Shown here in pieces: positions 24,401-36,510 of a stretch of 64,000 nt of DNA. The DNA comes from Anaeramoeba ignava BMAN (lineage: Eukaryota; Protista; Anaeramoebae): the NCBI GenBank assembly GCA_028826165.1, contig JAPDFW010000067.1, positions 124,001-188,000 on the forward strand. The letters run 5' to 3'. Position numbers and translations under genes: made by a program. The stretch's first letter is position 1, and each line of letters opens with the position of its first letter. The notes beneath the pieces were generated by a model. That model saw only the letters and a list, made by a program, of their open reading frames with translations, ran no database searches and was not told the DNA's origin.

Positions 24401-27400
24401 GATTATTTTGATTATTTTCATTAAATTGATTATTTTGGTTATTTTGATTATTTTCATTATTTTGATTATTTTCATTATTTTCATTATTTTGATTATTTTG
24501 GTTATTTTGGTTATTTTGATTATTTTGATTATTTTGATTATTTTGATTATTTTGATTATTTTGATTATTTTGATTATTTTCATTATTTTGATTATTTTCA
24601 TTAAATTGATTATTTTGATTATTTTGATTATTTTCATTATTTTGATTATTTTGATTATTTTGATTATTTTCATTATTTTCATTATTTTCATTATTTTCAT
24701 TATTTTCATTATTTTGATTATTTTGATTATTTTGATTATTTTCATTATTTTGATTATTTTGATTATTTTGATTATTTTGATTATTTTGATTAAATTCATT
24801 ATTTTCATTATTTTCATTATTTTCATTATTTTCATTATTTTCATTATTTTCATTATTTTCATTATTTTGATTATTTTGATTAAATTCATTATTTTCATTA
24901 TTTTCATTATTTTCATTATTTTCATTAAATTGATTATTTTGATTATTTTGATTATTTTGATTATTTTGATTATTTTGATTATTTTGATTAAATTCATTAT
25001 TTTGATTAAATTGATTATTTTGATTATTTTGGTTATTTTGATTATTTTGATTATTTTGATTATTTTTATTATTTTGATTATTTTCATTATTTTCATTATT
25101 TTCATTATTTTCATTATTTTGATTATTTTCATTATTTTCATTATTTTCATTATTTTCATTATTTTCATTATTTTGATTATTTTGATTATTTTGATTATTT
25201 TGATTATTTTGATTATTTTGATTATTTTGATTATTTTGATTATTTTGATTATTTTGATTATTTTCATTATTTTGATTATTTTGATTATTTTGATTATTTT
25301 GATTATTTTGATTATTTTGATTATTTTCATTAAAATTTGAATGTGAAGGTGGCGATAAATTCCGAAGAAGAAGACTAAGTATTGATTCAAGTTGATTAAT
25401 TTTAAGAAGCTTTTTTTGAGACATTTCAGTAAGAATATCAATTAAACACCATTCAGCTTCATATATTTGATGATATAAAGGTGTATGTGGAAGATATATT
25501 ATCACAGATAGAATTCCTTTAGAATAACAAAAAATTATAAGTAAATTACTTTTTTTTTTGTTTTGTTTTTTTGTTTCATTTTTTTGTATAAAATACCAAT
25601 AACTAAAGGTGATAAATTTTTAATTCCATTAAGAAATTTATTTTTTTCAAAACAAGTATTTGGATCGTTTAAATAAATAGAAAGTATATGAGAAATTTCT
25701 TGAATAAATTCAACTGTATTGATCATTTCATTTTGAGACTAAATGATTAAATATTTAGATTATTAAATATTTTAAATTATTAAATATTTTAGATTATTAA
25801 ATATTTAAATTATTAAATATTTAGATTATTAAATATTTTAGATTATTAAATATTTAAATTATTAAATATTTTAAATTATTAAATATTTTAGATTATTAAA
25901 TATTTTAGATTATTAAATATTTGGATTATTAAATATTTAGATTATTAAATATTTTGGAAATTATTAAATATTTTAGATTATTAAATATTTTAGATTATTA
26001 AATATTTTAGATTATTAAATATTTAGATTATTAAATATTTTAGATTATTAAATATTTTAGATTATTAAATATTTAGATTATTAAATATTTTAAATTATTA
26101 AATATTTTAGATTATTAAATATTTTTGATTATTAAATATTTAGATTATTAAATATTTAAATTATTAAATATTTTAGATTATTAAATATTTAAATTATTAA
26201 ATATTTTAAATTATTAAATATTTAAATGATTAAATATTTTAGATTATTAAATATTTAGATTATTAAATATTTAGATTATTAAATATTTAGATTATTAAAT
26301 ATTTCAGATTATTAAATATTTAGATTATTAAATATTTTAGATTATTAAATATTTCAATTATTAAATATTTAGATTATTAAATATTTTAGATTATTAAATA
26401 TTTCCAATTATTAAATATTTTAGATTATTAAATATTTTAGATTATTAAATATTTAGATGATTATTAAATATTTTAGATTATTAAATATTTTAGATTATTA
26501 AATATTTAAATTATTAAATATTTAAATTATTAAATATTTAAATTATTAAATATTTCAGATTATTAAATATTTAAATTATTAAATATTTTAGATTATTAAA
26601 TATTTAGATTATTAAATATTTAGATTATTAAATATTTAGATTATTAAATATTTCAGATTATTAAATATTTGGATTATTAAATATTTTAGATTATTAAATA
26701 TTTCAGATTATTAAATATTTGAATTATTAAATATTTAGATTATTAAATATTCAGATTATTAAATATTTTAGATTATTAAATATTTTGGATTATTAAATAT
26801 TTTCAGATTATTAAATATTTCAGATTATTAAATATTTCAGATTATTAAATATTTGAATTATTAAATATTTTTAGATTATTAAATATTTTAGATTATTAAA
26901 TATTTTAGATTATTAAATATTTTAGATTATTAAATATTTAGATTATTAAATATTTTAAATTATTAAATATTTTAGATTATTAAATATTTAGATTATTAAA
27001 TATTTTAAATTATTAAATATTTTAGATTATTAAATATTTTAGATTATTAAATATTTAGATTATTAAATATTTAGATTATTAAATATTTAGATTATTAAAT
27101 ATTTAAATTATTAAATATTTAGATTATTAAATATTTAAATTCAAGAAAAAAAATATACATTAATTTGGACCAATTTAGAAATTTCGTAATGAAGATAAAA
27201 AAGTGAATTTTCAATTAAAGATAAAAAATTCAATTCAATAAGAAATTTTCTATGTATTTGAGATTTTGATAAAATTGAAAGAACTTTAATTAAGATGAAT
27301 AATTTTGAAATTAAATGTTTATATTTAGAATCAAAATTTGGATCGAGATTTGAATTTTTGGATTTTTCTTGACTAATATCTAATTTCTTTAGAAAATATG

Positions 27401-27888
27401 AAAAAGAAAGAAGAGCAAAATATAATAATTGAAATGGAAGAGCTTTTCTTTGTTTTATCCATTTAACAAATGAAGAATTGATTTTTTCTGTTTGAAGAGA
27501 ATGATTAGATTCTAATTCACAAATTTCTGGATACCAATCCGAATATTTCATAACAAATTCAATAGAAAATTGAGGAAACCAATTATAAAATTCTGGCTAT
27601 TATTGTTATTATTATTATTATTTGAAAAGGCAAAAAAAATTAATTATTTAAGAATTATTCAAAAATAAAGAAAAAATTTGTTTTGCTTTTCTTTATTTTT
27701 TTATTTTTTATTTTTACGTCTTTAATCGATTTTTTTTCATTCCAAAGTTTTTGGAGTTTAGAACCATTTGAAATCTGTTTTGTAAAATCAATTTCTTGTT
27801 GAATTTTTTGAAATTTTTTTGCAATTACGAATTTTTTATGAAATGATTTTGAAAATTTTTTCAATAAAGAAAATTTAATTTGAAACAT
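15469..27888 (-). CDS. Large BEACH-domain protein (ConA-like, PH, BEACH, WD40; neurobeachin/LvsA-like), ~8 exons
   Basis: [57 protein letters not shown] and terminal WD40 repeats; upstream exons join in frame back to ATG 27888. Confidence 0.9.
24250..25335 (-). repeat. Coding 9-bp repeat (AATCAAAAT/AATGAAAAT)n encoding ~360 aa of (NNQ/NNE)n inside the BEACH protein
   Basis: Open in the NQN frame across the whole tract within ORF 23961-25505. Confidence 0.85.
25742..27140 (-). repeat. 16-17 bp satellite (AGATTATTAAATATTTT on +) filling BEACH intron 25739-27158
   Basis: Direct inspection; flanking exons join in frame (VQIN|SQNEMIN). Confidence 0.9.
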
Positions 27889-27989
27889 TTTTTCATAAAA
27901 TAAATTAGAAAAGAAAAAAAATAAAGAAGTAAAAGAGTTCAAATAATAAAATTGGTAAAAAAAAAAAAGGAGAAAAGGAAATAACTAAA

Positions 27990-28071
27990 ATAAAAAAAAT
28001 GAAAAAATTTAATTCAAAAAAAATTTTTTTTCATTTTTTCATTTTTTCATTTTTTCATTTTTTCATTTAAT
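27990..28071 (+). promoter_or_regulatory. Tandem (TTTTTCA)n initiator-like cluster before the CYTH ATG (divergent from BEACH)
   Basis: Five TCATTT copies immediately 5' of the ATG; the same motif precedes most genes in the window. Confidence 0.55.
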
Positions 28072-28859
28072 ATGGAAATTGAAATCAAATTTAGATTACT
28101 TGATAAACTTCAATATCAAAAATTAATACAATTTCTTGGAGGAAAACCAATTCAAAAACATTTTCAAAACAATTTTTATTTAACTGATAATCTTGATTTA
28201 TTGTAAAAAAAAATAAGAAAGGAAATTTAGTTTGATTTAAATAAAATAACTGAAAAATTAATTGTGAAAAGGAAAAAAAATAAAGGAGCTCTTCGCTTTA
28301 GATTTTGGGATGAGAAATGCTTAATAACATTAAAAGCAGGACATACTATAAAAGATGGAATTGGAACTTGTGAAGAAATTGAAGATTTTGTTGATTTAAA
28401 AGAAGCAAATAATTTTATGAATAATTTGAGAAATTCAAAAGAATTTCAAAAAATTCCAAAATTGTTTGATAATTTGAAAGTTTTTCAAAGAATACAAAAA
28501 GATTTTCCAGAAATTACTGGTTGGAAATTACTTGGGAATTTTTCTAATGTGAGAAAAGTTTTTAATTGGAAAAATAATTTGCATATTGAAGTTGATAAAA
28601 CAAAGTATGATTTTGGGATTGGATATGAATTAGAATTAGAAATTCAAGGAGTGGAAAAAAATGAAGAAAGAGATAAAATTAAGGAAGATTTGTAAAAATT
28701 CATTTATAAAATTTAAATTTATTTATAAAATTAAAATTAAAATTCATTTATAAAATTTGAATCCTTTCTAGAATTAATGATTTAAAAAGAAATGAAATTC
28801 TCTTCCAACCAACAAAAAGTACAAAACTTGCTAATTTCATTAACAAAAAAATTGATTAA
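28072..28859 (+). CDS. CYTH/triphosphate tunnel metalloenzyme (TTM3/CyaB-like), 3 exons
   Basis: MEIEIKFRL (ExExK), ALRFR, ITLK, EEIE, F.N.RKVF, IEVDKT.Y, YELELE; introns 28203-28271 and ~28692-28771. Confidence 0.88.
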
Positions 28860-29068
28860 TTTTTTTTGATTAATTTGATTTCGGAAAAATTTTTTTTTAA
28901 ATTAAATTAAACTAAATTACGTGGAAAATGACTCATCAATTAAAAAAATAATTAATAAAAATACACAAAAAAGTTTTTTTTAAAATAACAACATTTCATA
29001 TTTTTTCTTTATTCATTTTAAATTAAATTAAATTAAATTAAAAAATAAAATAAAAATAAAATAAAAAA

Positions 29069-29874
29069 ATGATTACTTCACAACAAAATCCTCGCCTAAA
29101 TTTCTTAAAGACTTCTCGGCTTGGATATATAGGAATATCTTTTGGTTCTCTTTTATTTTCTGTTATTAATTTTGGAATTGAAGAAGGAAATGGTGAAATT
29201 TTTTTTACAAAATTTTTTATAAAAAAAAAGAAAGAAAAATTTTGTTTTAATTTCATTTCAAATATATAGTTTTCCAAATTAGATGGTTCTTCCTTTTCCC
29301 AGCTATTCTTTTAATTCTTGGAGCTCTTTCTAATTTTCATGAAAGAAAATTATGGGAAACTAGTTTCTTTTTTGTAAAAAAAAAGAGAAATCAGAATCAA
29401 TCAAAAAAAAAAAAAAGAAAAAAAAATCTTTAATTAATTTTTTAATCAATAAAAAAAAATTTTTTTTCCGTTAAAAAATAGATCATGTCAACATTTTGGA
29501 GTATTCTTTGTTTTACTTGGACTCATAATGTTTGGGATTATTCAATTCCATTAAAAGGAGCCGTTTTGAAAATGATAACTGGCTTTCTAGTTTTAATTTG
29601 CTTTTATTTGGCATTGATAGCAGGAATTACACTTCAATCAAATAAATTAATTTTTTGGATGACATTTACAATTGCTTTAGGAATTTTTTTCACAATTTTA
29701 AAAGTTGCTTATAATGTCAATTCTGTTTTAGTTGGTTTACCTTTTCTAATGGTTTTTATTTTATCTTTTTATATTTGGTTAGCTCTTTTTCTTGGAGATC
29801 TTGCTGGAAAATATGTTCTTCCTTTTGGAAATCCTTATTGGGATTGGAAAAAAATAAAACTTAAATTGTCTTAA
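29069..29874 (+). CDS. GPR1/FUN34/YaaH (SatP) family acetate channel homolog, 6 TM, 3 exons
   Basis: Spliced ~205-aa protein: LGYIGISFGSLL (degenerate PLGL.GF), MSTFW (S.G.FW-like) and C-terminal SFYIWLALFLGDLAGKYVLPFG (family-typical Y...A....G..VLP.G). Confidence 0.65.
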
Positions 29875-29997
29875 ATTTATCTCTTTTTTTCTTTTTTTTT
29901 TTTTTTTTTTTAATAAAAAAATTTTTTTTTCATTTTTTTTTTTTCATTTTTTTCTTTATTTTTTAAAAAAAAAAAAATTTTTTATAAACAAAAAAAA

Positions 29998-30553
29998 ATG
30001 GCTGATACAGAAAAAAAACCAAGAAAAAAAGGTAGAGGTGGAGGTAAATCAAAGGAAAAAGCAAAACTTGAAGTTAAAAAATGGAATGGTAAAAAAAAAA
30101 TAAATTAAAAAAAAAATATGAATTTAAATTAATAAGTTCTCATTTAATTTAAAAAAAAACACAAATAAATGCACAAAAATAAATGGAAAATTGAATTTTA
30201 TTTAATTATTTACTGACTAGCTGTCTGGTAATTTATTTTCAATGAAAAAATTCCAATTTAATTTAATAATAAATTAATTTTAATAAATAAATAAATTTTA
30301 ATAAATAAATTTTTTTAGTTTATGGCAATGGGATTTGCAAGTTGATACTTGCGCTATTTGTCGAAATCAATTAATGGAACTTTGTATTGAATGCCAAGCT
30401 AATCCAAATTCAACAACAACAGAAGAATGCACAGTTGCTTGGGGTATTTGCAATCATGCTTTCCATTTTCATTGCATTTCTCGTTGGTTGAAAACTCGAA
30501 GTGTTTGTCCTTTATGTACTCGTGATTGGGAATTTCAGAGAATTGGACATTAA
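29998..30553 (+). CDS. RBX1: RING-box protein Rbx1/Roc1, 3 exons including a 7-nt microexon (30221-30227)
   Basis: EVKKWN|AV|[17 protein letters not shown]...[26 protein letters not shown]; introns 30089-30220 and 30228-30318. Confidence 0.95.
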
Positions 30554-30994
30554 TGAACACATCATTCTATTCAAAAAATTCTTCTTTTTTTTTCTTGATA
30601 TGATTTCTATGTTTTTTTCTTCTCTTTCTCTTTCTCTTTTCTTTCCAAAAAAAAAAATTTAAAAGTTAAATTCCAAAATAAATACAAAATCAAATTTTAA
30701 TTCAAATTTTAATTTAAATTTTTTATTAATTTTAATTTAAAATGTTTTTTTTTGTTTTTCTAAATTTTTTGAGAAAGATGATTAAGAAAGAAAAAAAAAA
30801 AAAAAGCAATACAAAAATCAGAATGAAAATGCAAATTTTTAAACGTAAAAATTAATTGGATAAAAAAAAAAAGAAAAAGAAAAAGAAAAAGAAAAAGAAA
30901 AAGAAAAATTTAAATGTTTTAAAAAGTTTTCCGTTTTTGGAAATTGGAATAAAAGATTTCTTTTTTTATTTTTTTGTTTTTTTTGGAATCAAAT

Positions 30995-33900
30995 CTAACA
31001 ACATTTTTTGCCTTTATCTTCATCAAGTGGATTTGGTCTAAATCCTCCTAAATTATTAAATTGGTCATCTGTTATAAAATCATTTTTTTTGTTTGGATCA
31101 TTTATTGATTGTGCCATTTTTTGTGCATTTTTTTTCATCTTTTTAATTAAATAGAAAAATAATTCATCTACATTTGTACTTTCTTTTGCACTTGTTCGAA
31201 AAGTTTTATAATTTTTTCCGTTTGTCAATTCCTTTTTTTTTTGATATAAATTTTAATATTAATTTTGATATTAATTTTGATAATAATTTTGATATTAATT
31301 TTGATATTAATTTTAATATAAATTTTGATATTAATTTTAATATTAATTTTGATATTAATTTTGATATAAATTTTAATATTAATTTTGATATTAATTTTAA
31401 TATTAATTTTGATATAAATTTTAATATTAATTTTGATATTAATTTTAATATAAATTTTAATATAAATTTTGATATTAATTTTAATATTAATTTTAATATA
31501 AATTTTGATATTAATTTGATATTAATTTTAATATTAATTTTGATATAAATTTTGATATTAATTTTGATATTAATTTTAATATAAATTTTAATATTAATTT
31601 TAATATTAATTTTAATATAAATTTTGATATTAATTTTGATATAAATTTTTGATATTAATTTTGATATTAATTTTTGATATAAATTTTAATATAAATTTTA
31701 ATATTAATTTTAATATTAATTTTTAATATTAATTTTAATATAAATTTTGATATAAATTTTGATATTAATTTTGATATAAATTTTAATATTAATTTTGATA
31801 TAAATTTTAATATTAATTTTAATATTAATTTTAATATAAATTTTGATATTAATTTGATATTAATTTTTAATATTAATTTTTGATATAAATTTTGATATTA
31901 ATTTTGATATAAATTTTGATATTAATTTTGATATTAATTTTGATATAAATTTTAATATAAATTTTGATATTAATTTTTGATATAAATTTTTAATATAAAT
32001 TTTAATATTAATTTTGATATAAATTTTGATATTAATTTTGATATAAATTTTGATATAAATTTTGATATTAATTTTGATATAAATTTTAATATAAATTTTA
32101 ATATTAATTTTGATATAAATTTTGATATAAATTTTGATATTAAATTTTTGATATTAAATTTTGATATTAATTTTGATATAAATTTTAATATTAATTTTGA
32201 TATAAATTTTAATATTAATTTTAATATAAATTTTTGATATTAATTTTGATATTAATTTTGATATAAATTTTGATATAAATTTTGATATAAATTTTGATAT
32301 AAATTTTGATATAAATTTTGATATTAAATTTTGATATTAATTTTGATATTAAATTTTGATATTAATTTTTGATATTAAATTTTGATATTAATTTTGATAT
32401 AAATTTTGATATTAATTTTGATATAAATTTTGATATTAATTTTGATATAAATTTTGATATAAATTTTAATATAAATTTTGATATTAATTTTGATATTAAT
32501 TTTTGATATTAATTTTGATATTAATTTTAATATAAATTTTGATATTAATTTTAATATTAATTTTGATATAAATTTTTGATATAAATTTTGATATTAATTT
32601 TTGATATTAATTTTTGATATTAATTTTGATATAAATTTTAATATTAATTTTAATATTAATTTTAATATAAATTTTTGATATTAATTTGATATTAATTTTA
32701 ATATTAATTTTGATATTAATTTTTAATATTAATTTTGATATAAATTTTGATATTAATTTTAATATTAATTTTGATATAAATTTTGATATTAATTTTAATA
32801 TAAATTTTGATATAAATTTTAATATAAATTTTGATATAAATTTTAATATTAATTTTGATATAAATTTTGATATAAATTTTGATATTAATTTTTGATATTA
32901 ATTTTGATATAAATTTTAATATTAATTTTAATATTAATTTTAATATAAATTTTGATATTAATTTGATATTAATTTTAATATTAATTTTGATATTAATTTT
33001 AATATTAATTTTGATATAAATTTTGATATTAATTTTAATATTAATTTTGATATAAATTTTGATATTAATTTTAATATAAATTTTGATATAAATTTTAATA
33101 TAAATTTTTGATATAAATTTTGATATTAATTTTGATATTAATTTTGATATTAATTTTGATATTAATTTTGATATTAATTTTTGATATTAATTTTAATATT
33201 AATTTTGATATAAATTTTGATATTAATTTTAATATTAATTTTGATATTAATTTTAATATTAATTTTGATATTAATTTTGATATTAATTTTGATATTAATT
33301 TTGATATAAATTTTTAATATAAATTTTGATATAAATTTTGATATAAATTTTGATATAAATTTTAATATTAATTTTGATATAAATTTTGATATTAATTTTA
33401 ATATAAATTTTGATATTAATTTTGATATAAATTTTAATATAAATTTTGATATTAATTTTGATATTAATTTTTGATATTAATTTTGATATAAATTTTGATA
33501 TAAATTTTGATAATAATTTTGATATTAATTTTGATATAAATTTTGATATAAATTTTGATATAAATTTTGATATAAATTTTTGATATTAATTTTGATATTA
33601 ATTTTGATATTAATTTTGATATTAATTTTGATATAAATTTGTTTATAAATTTGTTTATAAATTTGTTTATAAATTTGTTTATAAATTTGTTTATAAATTT
33701 GTTAATAAATTTGTTTATAAATTTGTTTATAAATTTGTTTTATAAATTTGTTTATAAATTTATTTATAAATTTGTTTATAAATTTGTTTATAAATTTAAT
33801 TATAATTTTGTTTATAAATTACTTTTATTTTCTCTTCTGGATTTTCAATATTTGAAGGAAGATCAGCTTTATTCCCAACAATAACAATTAAAGGATTTTC

Positions 33901-34700
33901 ATTTGCATGATTTTCAATTTCTTCAATAAAAAAAAGAAGTTCTTGAAGAGAATCTAAATCAGTTAAATCATAAGCAACAATAAAAGCACTTGAATTTCTA
34001 AATTATAAATTATAAATTATAAATTATAAATAATAAGAAAAAATGAAATTGAAAAATAATTGAAAAATAAAATATACTTATAAATTGCTGTAGTAAAAGG
34101 CATCCTTAAACTTTTTTGACCTAAAATTAAAGTGTTTTTTTCATTTTTTAAAAAATGATTGTTTTATATTTTGTTTTTTGGTAATTTTTTACCACAAGAA
34201 TCCCACTATTTTTGTTTTAATTTATTTATTAAAAAATATTTTTTTCTTCATTTTAAAAAAAAAAAATCTAAAAGAATTTTAAAGTTAATTTATCTTACAA
34301 TTTGTAACCGAATTTTCTGATCATCAACTGTTAAGTCTTTAAATCGCTTTTTATTGATTTTAATTTTATTATTTTTTAATTTTTTAATTTTTTAAAAAGA
34401 AAGAAAAAAAATTTTTTTTTTGATATAAAAAAAAGATCAAGAGAAAAAAATAATAAAATTAATTGAATATTATTTACAAATTCAACTCCAATTGTTGGAA
34501 CATGTGAAAATCCAAATTCATTATCCTTTTTAATTTAAAAAATATTTTAATTTTGAATTTTTTTGTTTTGTTTTGTTTTGTTTTGAAATTTTGTTGTTTT
34601 GTTTTGTTTTGAAATTTACAATGTATCGGTTAATAATTGAAGTTTTTCCAACACCAGAGTGTCCAAAAACTAAAATTTTAAATAAAAATTCTCTTGACAT
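30995..34700 (-). CDS. Divergent Rab GTPase, 7 exons
   Basis: FKILVFGHSGVGKT, PTIGVEF, IRLQI|WDSC|GQ, VGNKAD, TSAK and C-terminal KKCC; all six introns are GT-AG and in frame. Confidence 0.92.
31243..33815 (-). repeat. 12-bp satellite (AATTTTGATATT on +), then (AAATTTGTTTAT)n, filling Rab intron 31232-33822
   Basis: Direct inspection; flanking exons join as EEKIK|ELTNGK. Confidence 0.92.
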
Positions 34701-34963
34701 TCCAAAAAAAAAAAGAAAAAGAAAAAAAAAAAAAAAAAAAAAAAAAAATGAATTGACGAAATTGAAAAAAAATTTTTTTTTTTTAGATCTTTTAATTTTA
34801 ATTTTTATTTTTATTTTATTATTTAGATCAGATTTTATTTTATTATGTTGTTTGTGTTTTTTGTTAATGTCAAGAGAATTAAAACCAAAAAAAATGTTGA
34901 AAATTGAAAAAAAACATTTTTCTTTTGTTTTTCTTTTTCAAATTTATTCCAAAAAAAAAAAAA

Positions 34964-36387
34964 ATGGAACAAATCTGTTTAGATCAAAAAATAAAGAAAA
35001 TATTAAAAGAAAAAAAAGAATATAAAGAAAATGAGATTCAAATTGAAAATTTAAAAGTTTATCAAGTTTTAGAAACTTTTAATTCAGAAGAAATTCAAAA
35101 AATTTCGAATGTATCAATTTTATCAAAAAAAAGATCCAAAATAATTGAAATGACAATTGGAGAAGATTTATTATTTACTTTGTCAGATCTTGGAATTGGT
35201 TCAATTTTTGATTTAAAAAGTAAAAAGAAAAGAAAAAAAAAGGAAAATTTGGAACATTTTTTTTTTTGCTTAAATTATTCTTTTCAAAAAACAAAAAAGA
35301 TCCAAAAAATAATCTTGGGTTTCTTAATCTAAGAAATGATGAAATTATTAGGTCCATTCATTTCAATAAATTGAATCTTTCTTTGATCACAGTTTCAGTT
35401 TTTAAAGAAGATGAATTTTCAACACTTCATTGTAGAACAACTTATGTTGAATTTTTCAAAAGAAAAAAATCAAATCAGGGAAATTTGATTTTTGAATCAG
35501 AAAGTTTGAAATGGCCAGGATTTGTTGAATTTGATGATCTTAATTCAAAAATTTTGACATATTGCTCTCAAAAATTGGAATATAAAATATGGAACTTGAA
35601 AAATTATCAATGCTTATATATTTTGAATGATGCCAAAATTCAAGAAGTAAAAATCACGCTTGGAATTATATTATTGATTTTCCCGCAAAAATCCAATAGG
35701 ATAAAAGTGAAATTGATTGAGATTGAAAGTGGAAATGTAAGTGAATTGAAAAGAAAAAAAAATGGAATCAAAAAAATCCTTTTGTTTTTTTTGCTTTAGG
35801 AATTTTGGAACAGAAAAATTGAATTGAAAAGAAATAGGGGAATTGAATTTATTGAGCAATTTAATGAGAAAATACTAATAAAACAAGAAAGGGAGAAGTT
35901 GAGAATTTTGGAAATTAAAACAGGGAAAGAAAAGATCATTGAGAAAGAAATATTTCCAACCCCAAATGCTTTTATTTTTCTTTATTATTCTCAAATGATC
36001 CTAGTTTTTAGTTCAGGCAAAATTTCTTTATGGAGTTGGAACGGCAAAAAAATCCATAATTTTGGAAAAGTGATGAATGAAGATCAGAAACGAAATCAAC
36101 TTTTCATTTCGAAAAATCAAGAATTTCTTTTTTGTTATGTTGAGGATGATCTTTTTCAATCTGGATCATTGAAGATGTTTGATTTAAATTGTTTCAAATC
36201 GAGCACTCTTACTTTTGATAATTCTTTGAGTATTTCTTGTTTAATTGGAAATGGAATTGGAAATGAAAGAAAGAAAATTGAAATTAGTAATCCACTTGAA
36301 GGAATAAGTTGTATTTATTATGATCAAGAGAAAATAAGATTTCTTTCAGGAAATTCCCAAGGATTAGTTTATTTATGGGATTTTTAA
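34964..36387 (+). CDS. Conserved uncharacterised WD40-like beta-propeller protein (family known from plants and protists), 3 exons
   Basis: IRSIHFNKLNLSLITVSV, FESESLKWPGFVEFDD.N.KILTY, IEFIEQFNEKILIKQE and SGNSQGLVYLW match a plant transducin/WD40-like family recalled from memory. Confidence 0.75.
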
Positions 36388-36510
36388 AAAGAAAAATGAA
36401 AAGTAAAAAAAATGAAAAATGAAAGAAAAAGTGAAAGAAAATTTTGTGTTTTTTTTTTTAATCTATTTGTTTTGATCGAATGAATTTTTTCAGTTGATTC
36501 AGTTTTTCAT

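Noticed and set aside
29069-29874. APH-1 gamma-secretase subunit
   Set aside because: Six TM segments and the C-terminal G..VLPFG fit SatP/YaaH better
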